Counted from the first letter of the stretch, positions 11,795-24,356 are shown. The stretch is DNA of 64,000 nucleotides from Camelus ferus (GCF_009834535.1 NC_045697.1:85624001-85688000); one strand, 5' to 3'. The notes: generated by a model from the letters alone, not told the origin. Program-made: numbers and translations.

Positions 11795-13240
11795 TGAAAA
11801 AATGTTCCACCTGTTTGTGCAGCTTATCTGTGCTCTCTGGATGTGCTCTAAACTGGTCTTGGGTTTACTCCTTTCATTTTACTATGAATTGTTTCTGGAA
11901 ATGCCCAACCTGTGACTTGGGGGATGTGACAGTGCTCAGCTCGCGATAGACAGTTTTGGCCACATGGTCACTGGATAGTATGGCACTCAGTCTCTCCTAG
12001 GACCCAGTAGCATGCCTGGAGCTACATTTTGATGGTGAATAAATAGTTCTTTGCTGCAGATGACGTGGGCTTGCTCCAGCAACTCTTTAATTGCAATTTG
12101 CCAGCGGCTTCACATGACATCTTTATCTCACACAGATACTTCTAGTACTAGAGGATTTTATGGGGCCTACGATCTAGGTGATAGACTCTCTCATACTGCA
12201 ACCTAGACTATTGTATCTTCTAGGTTATATGATCCAAGTGACAGATCTGCTTGTCTGTAGCGTAGACAGGCTGCAGAGCCCCTTCTTGTCCTGGGGCCTC
12301 ACTCAAACAGCTTACCATTTTGCCGGTAAGTGGGTCAAAACAGTATTCACTAGAAGAGACTATCATGCTTCCCAGACCCGAAGAGGTTCACCAAGTATCG
12401 TAGCTCTTCGTTAGTGGCAGGAGGTTCAAGGTACAAAAACCCATAAAGTACTTTGTAAGCTACGTCCCCAAATTTCCAGAACTTAAAAATTCCTAAAACC
12501 TTCCCCAATGTAGCAGCCTCTAAGTCATTTTAAGTTTTCTCTCTCTTGTTTCTCATCCTCTGGAGCACATGTGATTACGGAAGCAGAGTCCTTGACATTT
12601 TGTGTTTTTTTTTTTGCTTATCGGATCTAAGTAACATAGTGTGATAAATATAGTGGACCAAAATGTTCTGCTGTGAACTCTCCAGATTGTTTATGTTCCT
12701 TTGGACTACATGGTGAAGTAACAGGCAAATTAACATAATCTTGGTTAAAACAGTGGGATGTATCCTGCTGTCTTTCTCATGTGAATGTAAACTGTTGCTG
12801 ATTCTCCTTTTAAGCGGTCACTGAAAACAATGCATTTGCTTGCCGCATAGTGCATGCGACGTACCGGAGGCTATGACAATCTGCTCTAGCAAAGGTACCA
12901 CATCCCGCGCAGCAGCAGCACTTGGAGATGACCTAAGTCTGTGCCAGCCCACTGTCATTCACTATGATCCATCTCGATTCTGCAGGGGTCTGACTAGTGA
13001 ATTAAATGGGGATATATATGATGGGTATCTATGCTGCGTCATTTAAATCTTTGAGAGTGGCACTGATCTTTGATGTTCACCTTGGGAAGCAATATTGTTT
13101 TTGATTTATTCTCTTGGCTACTAGGATGGAGTGGAGGGGTCTCAAAAGCTTCCATAGGCTTTTCTTACTATAATGGATCTTATGCTACAAGTCAAGGAAC
13201 CAATATAAGGACCAGGCATTTCTATATCGCAAAATGAAAT
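11795..13240 (-). mobile_element. ERVL (class III ERV) internal pol remnant, reverse transcriptase and downstream region
   Basis: Hand translation of the minus strand across frameshifts gives IGSLTC, INQKQYCFP, ISATLKDLNDA, SPFNSLVRPLQNRDGS**MTV, AAAARDVVPLLEQI, ANALFS, NQQQFTFT, LVHYIYHTML (YIDD position), FE*GP, VLEVSV, CYWVLGETE, KLHKQV. These are colinear with the ERV-L Pol as I recall it. Confidence 0.88.
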
Positions 13241-13251
13241 TCCCTTGGGTG

Positions 13252-13750
13252 TTTTTTTAATTGAAGTATAATTTTCATACAATGAATTCATCCTTTTAAA
13301 GTATACAATTCAGCAAACTTTGGCAAATGTATAAAGTCAAGTAACCATGACCAGAATCAAGAAATGAAACATTTCTATCATCAAAAAAGTCTCTCATGCC
13401 TCTTGTATTCAATTGCCTAAATTTAGCTAGTCCCTAGCAACCACTTGCTTATTTTCTATCCCTTTGGTTTTGTCTTTTCTGGCATTTCTTATAAATGGAA
13501 TCATAGGGTATATGTTCTTTTTGGCGTGGCTTCTTTCACCCAGCATATTTTTGAAATTGATTCTTGTTGTTGCACGTATTAATAGTTCATTTCTTTTTCT
13601 TGCTGAGTTATAGTCAATTGGACAGCTTTACTACAGTTTGTTTACTCATTCGCTAGTTGATAAACACTTGGGTTGTTTCCGGTTTTTGGTTACTTTGAGT
13701 TAAGCTGTTGTGAACATTTATGCAGAAGTCTTTTTTTTTCTTTGGTGGAA
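13252..13750 (-). mobile_element. L1 3' end (L1MB/L1MC-like) adjoining the ERVL fragment
   Basis: tttaattgaagtataattttcatacaat...aagtatacaattcag...gttgataaacacttgggttgtttcc is a typical reverse L1 3'UTR. Confidence 0.85.
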
Positions 13751-15881
13751 TTCATTTTATCATTTCTTCCTTTTAAGTTTCCTCCTTTTAGTGTCTCTCT
13801 TTACCTTGCATAATCCTGGGTATAAATATTTTCTTCTATGGGAAAACCAGATGGAGTAAAATGAGTGACAGCCTAGGGCAGAGGGAAAAAGGGGGAACGA
13901 GCAGATCCCTGGGTGGAGGATGAACGGGTTTAAGAGACTCGGGACTGTGAAGTCAGGGAAAAGAGAAAGAAAGGCCATAACCAGGGCTCCTTTGGCAAAT
14001 CCAAGGTGAGCTCTCGGTGGACTTCATAAACTGTGCACACCATCATCAGGACTTGGCGTCCAAACTGGACTCAGAGTTCCTTTGGCTAATAGTAGGAGTT
14101 TCTCAGTAATGGATTAAACCATATTTATCTTCCAAAGTTTTATAACAGAGCAAAAGAATTGTATATTTTTAAAGAACAAAAGAAAGTGTGTTTTAACTAT
14201 TTTTGTTTCTGAAACAGCATTAATGCAATGGAAACCAAAAAAAGAAAAAAAGAAAAGAGTTTTCACAGGCTGTCTAAAAATTTTACAATAAATTTTAAAA
14301 TTATTATCTAATATATATATGTTTTAGATTGAGTTCTGCAATGTTTAAGAATTTTTTTAAACTTTAATAATTAAATGGTCAGTAATAGTGTTGATTTATC
14401 CGTTTTTTATTGTCAAATTTGGAGCATGTTTACATAAAATTGAAAAAGAGTCATATGGATATTTGCTGATTAAATGAGGATAATCAAAATCGGTGAATCC
14501 GATTCGTTTTTAAAGGTTTAATGATGTAATGATAATCATCGTTTTGCTGCAGGGTAGTTCGGCACAACAAGAGGACAACATACGTAAATAACCCGTGATG
14601 AGTCCAATTTGACACAAACCAAATCATCAGTTTTCCTCTCTTGACTTTGTTAATTTCCGGTTGTCATAGTGACATTTTTTCCTAATACCACAGACTGTTT
14701 CATTTTTTTAAATCTATGCTTACATGAACACACATATAAAATTAAACGTCTGTATCTTGAGATCCCAACGGCCTGAGTTCTCTGGTTCCCAAGCCTGAAA
14801 GCTTTACAGGTGAAATTCCCTGAGAACTCTTGTGCTTCTCTTCCTTTCGAGTACCTGGCTGGAAGAACAAGGGCTGGAAAACTGGAGGCAGAAGAAACAC
14901 TTTGGCCATGAGGCTGTGACAACCGGACTTCGGGAGTCGTAGATATTGAAGGGGAAGCAACAGGGCACCATGAGGGTGGCCACTGGACCCATGACACTTG
15001 GGAGGAACAGGAAAAGACTGAAGGGAGGAGTTCAGTTTGAGGGAGAATTAGGTATGAACATGGGTGGGAAACTCTTGTTCTTCCAACCCAGCTTTCTTGG
15101 GGGTCAGTCTTAAGCACAGCAAAATTTCACGGGCTTGGCATTGATTCTCTCTCCCATCCACTAACTACACCTAAAAGCCCTTTCACATGACAAAACATCT
15201 TTCATCCCTCTCATGAAAAATTTGTAAAAAGTTTAAAAATAGTAATATTTGATATAGTTGGATTGGCCTCAATTTATTATGGTCAACTTATAAATGAGGA
15301 GCTCAGAAACATTCTTCTTTTGAGTAGAGAAACTAGTTATAAAACAGGCAAGAGTGAAAAGTTGGACTGGGTTGAGGGCGAGTCTCAGGAAGGAAAAGGG
15401 GACAGAAAGAGGGGGCCAGGGGCACGAAGAGCTGCAATAATGCTCCAGAACTTGGGGAGCTGTGGAGTACCAGGTGCTTTAATGCTCTTGTCTCATGTTG
15501 CTCCAGCCACAATTCCGTGATGTAGAGGAGGTAACATCCTAGTTTTGGAAGAGAGGCTTCAGGAGGTTAAGGGACATGCCGGTCATCGCAGCAATGGCAA
15601 CTTGGTAGGACTCTAAGAAGCTGCATCTGCCTCTAAATCTCACCCATCTGTTATTTCACTGCTTCTCTATCTACTTCAACTTTATGATTACTAAATAGAC
15701 CTCATTCGCAAAAGACTGCATCACCAAGCTTCAATGGTGCACTAAAAATTACATTATAGTGTTCCACTATTAAACTTACGAAAGAAAAAAAGATATCATT
15801 GCTATTCTTCTCATCCAATTTAGCAATAAAAAAAAAGACACAACATTGACTGCGTGAGGGGAAAACTGCTAGGCAAGGACA

Positions 15882-15887
15882 TTTATT
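15882..15887 (-). terminator. candidate QRFPR polyadenylation signal (AATAAA)
   Basis: First minus-strand AATAAA I found after the stop, ~230 nt downstream. Alternatives at 15273-15278 and 14406-14411. Which one is used is unknown. Confidence 0.35.
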
Positions 15888-16113
15888 TCTGTACAAGATT
15901 TTTTTTTTGAATCCACTTTTATAATCTACAAGGATGGTATACTAATTTTCCAAAATTGTGTTTCATGTATAATGTCATATTTTTATGAAAAATGACAAAA
16001 TTTCCTTCTTTTCATCATTCAAAGAATAAAGAACAAATCTTTGACCTTTGCTCAAATACTTTTCTCTTCAGATAAAGCTATGAATGGCATCCATTATAAA
16101 GACATTGCTGTAA

Positions 16114-16514
16114 TCAATGCCCACTGCCTAAAGCAGAATTCTCAGAAAGTTCAGAATTGAAGAGCGCAAGATGGCTTTTGAGATGTTTTTTCTCCTCGGG
16201 TTGTTCACACAACTTGACTTCAATGTTGCCATCACTGAACGCTTCTCCTTTGGTCTCCTCAACTAAGTTCTCTTTCCGGGGAAACTTTGCTTTCTTTTGC
16301 ATCATAGTGATTCCTGAATTTCCATGCCTTCGTGCTGGAGAGAAGGTTTCCTTCACTAAGCAATAGCAAACTGCAGATAAAAAATTCTTTTTGAAGTTTT
16401 CATTCATAAAGGCATAAACAATTGGATTACAGATGGAATTGGAAAACCCAATTATCTGCACTATCGCAAAAATTATCTTGATGGTGACGTCGTCATACTC
16501 CTTTTCAAAATTGC
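16114..16514 (-). CDS. QRFPR: QRFPR coding exon 6 (TM7, C-tail, stop)
   Basis: Acceptor ttttattacag|GC, 401 nt to TGA at 16116-16114. Encodes (S)NFEKEYDDVTIKIIFAIVQIIGFSNSICNPIVYAFMNENFKKN...ALGSGH with the NPxxY motif. The six exons sum to 1296 nt with no frameshift. Confidence 0.98.
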
Positions 16515-17274
16515 CTGTAATAAAATGTAATACTTTAGAACGCATATTTGTTTTAATGACCATAAAATAATGTTTCTGTTTATCTTCTGTCTTTACCAAA
16601 CATGTACACTTTTACAAGTGGTTATAAGTGTGAAAAATTCTCCAGACCATTTTGGAGTGAGCCATCTGATGTCTGAAGAAAAACACCTTTGTGATGAGTC
16701 TTCACTCTTAGAGAGTCTAGGATTACACGCACAGCCCAGTGCCCAGCACATATTAGAGGATTTATTGCATTTCAACTTGATTTCAAGCTTCATCTGGAAG
16801 CAGCAGTTACCCTTCAAATATCCACTGGGTTATAGAAACACAATCACCCGAGAACCATGTTAAGTCTCAGATTATCGGAGAGAATACATTAAGGGTCTAG
16901 CTGAAATCCTGGGTTTTATTAAATTCACGTGGTTCAAGTGAGGTTCTAAATAGAGAGCACTTATAGGATGTCACACCTTTCCCAATGGCTTAGGGAAAAC
17001 AGAAAGCCTAGCGTGAGAGAAGAATTTCTTTATTTTCTTTGTGTTTTTGTAAAATAGCTTTGCTTTATTTTTTGTAATTATTAAAGCTTTGGTCATATGC
17101 ATCCGTAATTCTATACTGCATAATGATCTGGGAATCTTGAAAACACGAACGAAACCTATTCAATGTCTGATATTTGATTACCCAAGTGAATGGCAACAAA
17201 TATTAATGATTCACTGCCTGTTCTAGCAGGAAACAAACTAGAATTTCCATCAAATGAGAATGACAAGCACTCAC

Positions 17275-17372
17275 TGTATTCAATCATCATGTGAACCACA
17301 TGGAAAGGTGCCCAGCACACAGCAAAGAGAGCCACCACGGTCACCATCATAACAACAGCTCGCTTCTTCTTC
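17275..17372 (-). CDS. QRFPR: QRFPR coding exon 5 (TM6)
   Basis: Acceptor gtgggtccag|G, donor TACA|GTGAGT, 98 nt, phase 2-1. Encodes KKKRAVVMMVTVVALFAVCWAPFHVVHMMIEY with the CWxP motif. Confidence 0.97.
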
Positions 17373-17584
17373 CTGGACCCACAAGGATACACCGTGTTGG
17401 TTAACTTCTCCTTGGCAGATGGGTCAAGTTGAAAGCAAAGCTATTAAATACAGTTTGAGACTTCTCGATGATAATTTTTCAAATATTAATGAAGCTCACA
17501 ATAGGTTCATTGTGAGTGGTCTCTCATCTTCTCCCATTGCTATTACTTTCATTCCTGTATTTTTCATATTATGAACATCCGTAA

Positions 17585-17800
17585 GATACATGCTCATTAC
17601 AAGTCTAGGACTATACTAGATGCTTGGCATGGACCATGTCATTAGTCTTCCCAACAAGCCATTTGACAGACGCAGAAACTGGGGCACAGAGAAGGTCAAG
17701 TGACTCACAAAGTCAGATGGCTAGAAGAGGATTTAAACTAGAAAGGCTAGTTTGTATTTAAACTTCAGCAGTCTAACTTCAGTGCCCAAGCTCTTATTCC
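17585..17800 (-). mobile_element. MIR SINE in intron 4
   Basis: catttgacagacgcagaaactggggcacagagaaggtcaagtgactcacaaagtca...gtctaacttcagtgcccaagctctt. Confidence 0.75.
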
Positions 17801-18337
17801 TTTTATATTGAACAGGACTCATGCTTATGTTAGAAAAATATGGGACGCCCTTAGGATAGAATTAAAATGAAACCCTCCACTATATAGTTAATTCCTATGA
17901 TTAACCAGGGATCCAAACTAGTTTTCTCCATTAGTCCTGTAATAGAGATTAATGTCTGCAAGAGACCCATTTCCAAGTTTATAGTCATACTTGTTATTTA
18001 TTATCTCTACATGGTAGTCCATGGTAGTTCCGAGGAAGAGGGAGCACTAAATCAGCAAGAAGTCCCAAGTGCTGAAGAGTCCAGCACCCTGCGCATCGAG
18101 AGAGGAGCGCTTTATATAAACTGGGCACTAGAGGCCGCCGCACACCTGAAGAAATGGTGAATTTCATCAAACCACTAGAACTCCTTGCAAGATTTTGTTC
18201 ATTTTTAATAGCCATTCAGTGTAGATGATAAAATAAACCATAAAGCCGACAGATATCATAGAAGTAAATTTTAGGATTTTTAAATTGCGTTTAAAAATTT
18301 CTATTAATCAATATGATCAGAAAATAAAGCCTTAGAT

Positions 18338-18370
18338 TTATATATATATATACACATACATATATATAAT
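18338..18370. repeat. (TA)n microsatellite
   Basis: tatatatatatatacacatacatatatata is directly visible. Confidence 0.85.
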
Positions 18371-18888
18371 AATAATAATTTAAAATAAATAACATACTCT
18401 CTCATTTCCAAAGGAGTTTCCTACATATCATCTCATGTTTTTTAGTACCATCCTTGGGTGGGAGGAAGTAAGGATGGATATTTTTTGCTTCCTGGTCTAC
18501 ATGAGAAAGCAGGGGACATGGGAGGAAGTAAGTAAGCAGATTTATCGACATCACGTAGCTGGTGAGTGGAAGAGAGAGGAGAGCTCCACAGCAATTCCTA
18601 CCATGTTGTATTGACACAGAGGTGAAAATATGGCAATTTTTAAAATTCCAAATAAGTTTTTATTTGTAACAGTGGCTTCCCTTTTGATTTAGGAACTGGT
18701 GACCTTGCTCTTTCTTCCTGCCATACATAAAATCTCAAAACTTCAAAGTCAGCTCAAGTGCTAAGCATGAATTACAAGTGATGCTTCCACTGCATTACTC
18801 AGAAATTCTGACATTGCAAGCAACTGTCCCTTCCAGCACAACTAATTAAAAATATTTTAAACAGAGGTGAATATTTCATTAAACGGAC

Positions 18889-19124
18889 CTGGCTATTTTT
18901 GACATTTCTTTTCCATGAATAGTTCGGAGCACTGAGCTATCCCCTACTCTTTTCTTTATCCAAAGTTCATAACCGATCTTACTGTACAGGATAAGCATCA
19001 CCATAAGAGGCAGGAGGAAGAGGATGACAAGGATGAAGGTGGTGTAGATTTTCTGGTGCACAGGGCTGGCCCACTCTTCCAAGCAGCAGACGTGTTCTTT
19101 TTCATATAAGAAGTCATACTTAAT
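18889..19124 (-). CDS. QRFPR: QRFPR coding exon 4 (ECL2, TM5, ICL3)
   Basis: Acceptor ttattttgaag|ATT, donor CCAG|GTCCGT, 236 nt, phase 0-2. Encodes IKYDFLYEKEHVCCLEEWASPVHQKIYTTFILVILFLLPLMVMLILYSKIGYELWIKKRVGDSSVLRTIHGKEMSKIA(R). Confidence 0.97.
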
Positions 19125-22100
19125 CTTCAAAATAAGTGTAGTTCAGTTAGAAGAGCCAGAGTTAGCAGCAAAAGAACCCAAAGCAGCCAAGTAGTATTAC
19201 AATGCAGCATTTTTCAGACCCTCACATATTTATCACGTGTACATATTTCAGACGAGATAATATTTTGATTTTCTTTTGTTGTGAAGTATGGTTTTTCCAC
19301 ATCACTGCTTAAATTCTTAAGTTTCACATTTTCCATTTTAAATGTAATGGAGGTCCATAGCCTCTTCTTTTTTTTTTTTTTTTTTTTTATCTTTCTCAGC
19401 TTTTTACAAGATGGTTGATAGTCGTAAGTTTTCAACTGCATGAAAGAACACTACAATGACCAAAGTATGTACGTATGAAAAAAAATTCTGTACTGCGTGC
19501 CAGCTACATTAATGTACAATGTTACATTAATTGTACTAATGTACAATAATGTTACATTATTTTGCTCCCTCAACTGTTGAAGAGACAAATTTTGACAAGA
19601 CATCAGACTTTTTCCAACTGAGTAAGTACTGATGGTCTGTATTTGGTTACTGCTATTTCAGATTGCAACAATCACACTACTCTCAAAGATTTTAGAGAGG
19701 CAGCTGGTAGCTTTTAGATTCTGAGATGAATAAGAAATTGGGATTCAAACTATCACCATTCTATAAATATGCAGATCCAATCATAAGCCTCTGAGATATA
19801 TATTTTACAGAAAGGCAATTTCTATTTACTAATACTATTTCTTACAGACTGATCTGATGAGTTTTTAAAATTATTGATAACAATATGAATAGTAATAAAA
19901 ATGTGAATAAGAGACAAACTAAACACTTAGAGTATATTCAAAAGTTTATCTCAATAATAGGAATTAAAGTTAGAGAATTTATCTAAACTGTTATCATCTG
20001 AGTCACTTTGCAGCTTTCCTGCTGAAGAATACTTAAAAACCTTCAGACATATTTCTGCCTCCATTCCCAGCAAATTTTATCACTAATCTTCACAGTCAAC
20101 TGAATGAGGGAAAAGAAGCTTTCTGGTACGTTCACCAAAAGTGTGAAAATTCAAGTTCAGTCCAGGTGTTATTTTTCAAATACAACTAGGAATGAAAACA
20201 CTTATTGAATAATAATTTTATGATCCAGACTCCCTGGAAAGAGGATGTGAAGGTGAAACTCATTCTGACTCCATGTAGGCAGAGCCCACAAGGGCCAACA
20301 AAGATGTGGGCACGGTTCTGACACGTCCTCCAGCACAAGCTAGACTGACAGTCTCCAAGCGGGTACACAATGGGGACAAGCAAAGAACCTTCTGAGGGCA
20401 CACTCAGATGGGTTCATGGGAATCAATTTCAGATCTTCTATTTCCAAACATACACTTCTTGAAAATTCCACTGCCTAAAAGGATGCCTGAGGTTGAAGTG
20501 TCATGCTGGGTCTACATTTTCAGTTCCTCTTTCGTAATCACCTTTTGTTCAATTTTCACACCTTATGTCTCTCATCTCATTATGGGGCACCAAGGAAAGA
20601 GGAGGTTCAAACTACTGAGGTCACTGAAACCACTCTGATCGAGGCGCCATTAATCCATGAAGAGGCTTTATGCTTTTCCCTGTATTAAATGTATTTCTAT
20701 TCAGGGTAAAGGTTGGCATTAGAACAAAGATGTTTTGACAGGTAATGAGATGTTGTGAATTCGCATTTTCCATACAGTGAAGGGGTAGAAGTGATGACGG
20801 CTTTAACTTAGCCACCTCATTGCTTCCATCCCCTGAAAGTCATCGAATGCTTCCCTCCTGAGAGAGAGCCCAGCGAGAGCGAAGCATAGAGAACATCGGT
20901 GGAAATGGTGGAGTCGGTGGCGCTTCACGCATCCAGCTGAGGAATTAAGGCTCTGTGCGTGCTCACACCCCCAATAATAGAATTTAGGAGCGAGAAGGTG
21001 GCAGTGGGAATGCATATTAATACACTTATTTAATCTGTGAAATGAAATCATACTTTTTCTGGACAGGAAGAAAATCTGATTTGGCTGATCTGTCTGCCAG
21101 AGAGGGCTGGCTTTGCCAATTAGATTATATGCATTTTCTATAAACTGAATGAGTTAAATGAAATATATTTAGGGCAGATGATAAAATAATTCTATTTTAA
21201 AAATGGACAAGTCTCCTTGTGTTCTATGGGCCAGAAATGGACCCCACAAGGGGAATTGGGTGGGGTCACTTATGAAAGGGCTCCATTGGTATGGATTTCC
21301 TGCTAAGGGTAAAGGCAGCCTCAGAAAGGGGCAGGCCACGGGCCTTTGTGTGTGGCAGCTGAAAGGTCTTTGAGAGCAGCCGGCTAGAGAAGGGAGTAGC
21401 AGTCAGAAGCTTCAGTGGTGTTATTGTGAGAAACCCAAGAAGGAAAGACTGAATCATGGGGAACAGTCACGTGCAGAGTGCATCGCTACCAGAGGACGGC
21501 TGCCCTTTCTCTCCCCCGCCTCTCCTCTCCAGTTCCCAGGGAGCCAGAGGCGGCCAGCTGAATGGGGGGAGAAAGAGAACTCAAGGTTAAGGAAACAGAG
21601 AAGAAGAGAACCATATCCTTTCTCCATATTTTAGGATTCTAGCCGAAAAATGGCTCACACGAAAATGTTTTAAGTTGATTGAGAATGTGGACTCTCATGA
21701 TTGATTGTGCCACTGGACTGCACATTTTGATAAAGGAATTAATGCTGTTCCATGACTCGTCTTGTCACTGTTCTTGTGGCCAAAAATGACCAGAAGAATT
21801 TTATTATCTGACTGACTGGAAAAGGCATAGGGCCCACTCAAGGTTTCATCCAGGGCACTTCAGCAGAGGACTGGGAAGTCGTCAGATTGTGTTCTTATAG
21901 GCGGCAAGAGACAGACCTCTGCTCTTACCTGTGGAGCCCAGCTTATTCAATGTATGAGTTGCACTAAACTCAAATCAAGCTGCTTTCTAAACATACCCTT
22001 GCCTGAGAGCTTGTCTGATATCCTTGCTGGTGGGCACCGAGCACCCAGAAAAGTTTCACATTTGCCTACGTCAATTTAAAAAGGTACAAAAGACATGTAG

Positions 22101-22726
22101 TTTTAAAAATCACCTTAGAGGGTAAGACTACTGTCTGTGCTGGACCTCCCATGCACGAGGCATTTAACTGTGCTTTAATGGAGACAGTGGGTCACCAAAA
22201 CCAACACAGTGCTTCCTTCACTGTGAATCACCACTGGAGGCTGATGAAGGGGAGAGTGGGATGGGATGATGCGCTCACATGTTTCACTTCAAATTTCAAT
22301 TTGTCAATGACTAGCAGGCAGGTGAGAAAGGGCTTATGAAGGCAAATCAACTAAGTAGATAGTTGGTTATGAAATTATGTGACTTCAAAGAAAACTCTAG
22401 GGCAACCATCGAACTTTTAAAACATAACAAGGCACTGAAGAACACTAGGAAAGGCATGTTCAGCTGGCGGGGAAAGGTAGAAAGTGACCCTGGAACATTC
22501 CATTTTAAGCATTAATGTCTTAGCAACATAAGCTCAAGGAAGAGCTAGGCAAAGCAGAAAAAAAAATCTTAAAGCAAGTTATTTATTCCACTTGAAAAAC
22601 CTCCAGTGAAATAACTGAGATCATAGAAACTGGCTGCAATGCTCTTGCAGGAGGGAGAATAGCTATAATTAAGCTGGGGGGAGAGCATTTCAAGAGTATA
22701 ATTACCAGTCCCAGCCCCGAATCTAC

Positions 22727-22788
22727 CTCAAGTCGCTGCACGTACCACATGGGCGAACCCACGATGACTGCCACCAGCCAGACCACAC
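22727..22788 (-). CDS. QRFPR: QRFPR coding exon 3 (TM4)
   Basis: Acceptor tgtttttacag|GT, donor GAG|GTAGAT, 62 nt, phase 1-0. Encodes (G)VVWLVAVIVGSPMWYVQRLE. Confidence 0.97.
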
Positions 22789-22879
22789 CTGTAAAAACAT
22801 TAAAAATAGTCAGACTGCAACTCAGCAAAGCAAAGTACACATGTGCTCAGTTCTCTAACCATAAAGATCCCTTATATTC

Positions 22880-23520
22880 CTCGCTTACTCCACCCTGGAG
22901 CACTGCAGTGGTCTCCTTACATGTTCTCACTTCCACTCTTTCACCACCCTTAAAAGTGCTGCTGGAATAGTCTTCCTGAAGTGGGTTTCAAATGTGTAAA
23001 ACATGCCTAAAGGATAAAACCCAAATCCCTTAAAATGGTCCCTGAGGTTCTCTGCAGTCCCGCATGCTTCCCTGTCTCCGCTGACATTTCTGTTCCCGTT
23101 CTTTACACCCGAGTCCTGCACTGAGGAATTTACAGAGCTGGCTTCAGTTCCCACTTCCCAGAATGCATTGTGCTGCTCCATGTCTCGATGCTGTCACTCT
23201 GGACTGGCACCCTACTCCCCTCTCTATCTGGGGACTCATTTTCTAGGACTTGACTTACAAGTCATCTTCTCTTGGAAACCTTTGACGGCTACAACCATTT
23301 CCAGATAGAACTGACCACTAATTCCCTGTTGTCTCTATGTGCCCCGCAGAGCGGCACCCTTGTTGTCCTACTGCTTTCTGACAACTTCCTCTGAGCAAGG
23401 GCAATGCCGTTTACTGACTTACTTACTTACTTATCGAATTTCTCCAAATAAACTCCCAAGGGAAATTCCTGGCCCTCAGCAGGTGCTGCTCAAGTATCTA
23501 CTATTTGTTGAATGGAAGAA
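22880..23520 (+). mobile_element. L2 fragment in intron 2
   Basis: gcctaaaggataaaacccaaatcccttaaaatgg... ending ctcaagtatctactatttgttgaatggaagaat. Confidence 0.7.
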
Positions 23521-23786
23521 TAACTTAAACATGATATATGCACCTTCTATAATTTCTTCTTAAAATTGAAAGTACATTTATCTTCAGTATAATTATATGA
23601 ACATCATATTCTTATTTACAAAACAAACACTTGTAACATCAGAAACCAGGGCGCTTTTTCCAAATGCTCTGTCCTCCATATGAGTTAGTTGAGGGAACTG
23701 CTTTAATGATACATCCTCAGCAAAGAACAAAAGAGAATCTCATTGGACTAGGACAAGGCCAGAACCAAGAGCTCCAACGTTGATTT

Positions 23787-24356
23787 TTGTCTCCATGTAA
23801 TTATTTTTTTTCTCTCATGGTTGATTTCCAGTTCCATACTGTTGTGGTCAGAAAAGATGCTTGAAATAATTTCTATCTCTGAAATTTATTGAGGCTTGTT
23901 TTGTGCCCTCGTCTGTGATTTAGCCAGTGCACACACCAGCAGGTGCACATCTCAGGCTGCGTAGTGCGGCGCTGTGGCAGTTCTCTGTGCTGGTCCCTCG
24001 CTTCCCCGCCTGGCAGCACGTCAGCTCTGCACACTCCTCTTGAACAAACTCCAGGCCACTCCAGCTCCCTATCTGCCCCGCAGACCTCGCAGGGGGTGAA
24101 GGGGGTTCCCAGGGCAAGGGAACTTTTCCTCTTTCACAGCTTGCTTCCGGGGCACAGGTCTCATCCCTACTCCTTTTTTCCCCTCTCCTTTCACCCTACT
24201 TGGTTATGTGGGATCTTTCTTGCCGATTTGGTTGGATAGGATACCTCCTGCCAGCTTTTAGTCGGTATTCTGTGAGAACTGCTCCACATGTAGGTGTATT
24301 TTTTGTGGGGGGAGGTGAGCTCCACGTTCTTCTACTCCACCGTCTTGATCTCCTCC
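23787..24356 (-). mobile_element. short L1-derived insertion: L1 5'UTR fused to an ORF2 EN fragment, TSD-flanked
   Basis: Minus strand starts ggaggagatcaagacggtggagtagaagaacgtggagctcacc (artiodactyl-type L1 5' end). At ~23908 it switches to ORF2-like sequence (GHKTSLNKF...IISSIFSDHNSMELEINH, frameshifted). Flanks are ccaacgttgattt (23774-23786) and ccaacactgattt (24357-24369). Confidence 0.8.

Noticed and set aside
14650..15117. 155-aa minus-strand ORF downstream of QRFPR
   Set aside because: Non-ATG start, Ser/Pro-rich with no recognisable family, and no supporting splice structure.
17382..17390. GTATCCTTG, resembling a U12-type 5' splice site, just upstream of the exon 5 acceptor
   Set aside because: It sits at the 3' end of intron 4 rather than at a donor. 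The real donors are U2-type and I saw no matching U12 branch site, so it is probably chance.
19505..19562. Short imperfect duplication or palindrome (acattaatgtacaatgttacattaatt...taatgtacaataatgttacattatt)
   Set aside because: A low-complexity AT-rich slippage product with no evidence of function.
21220..21900. Possible ancient Gypsy-like or ERVL LTR in intron 3
   Set aside because: Only a vague compositional impression. I could not identify termini, a TSD or diagnostic motifs.
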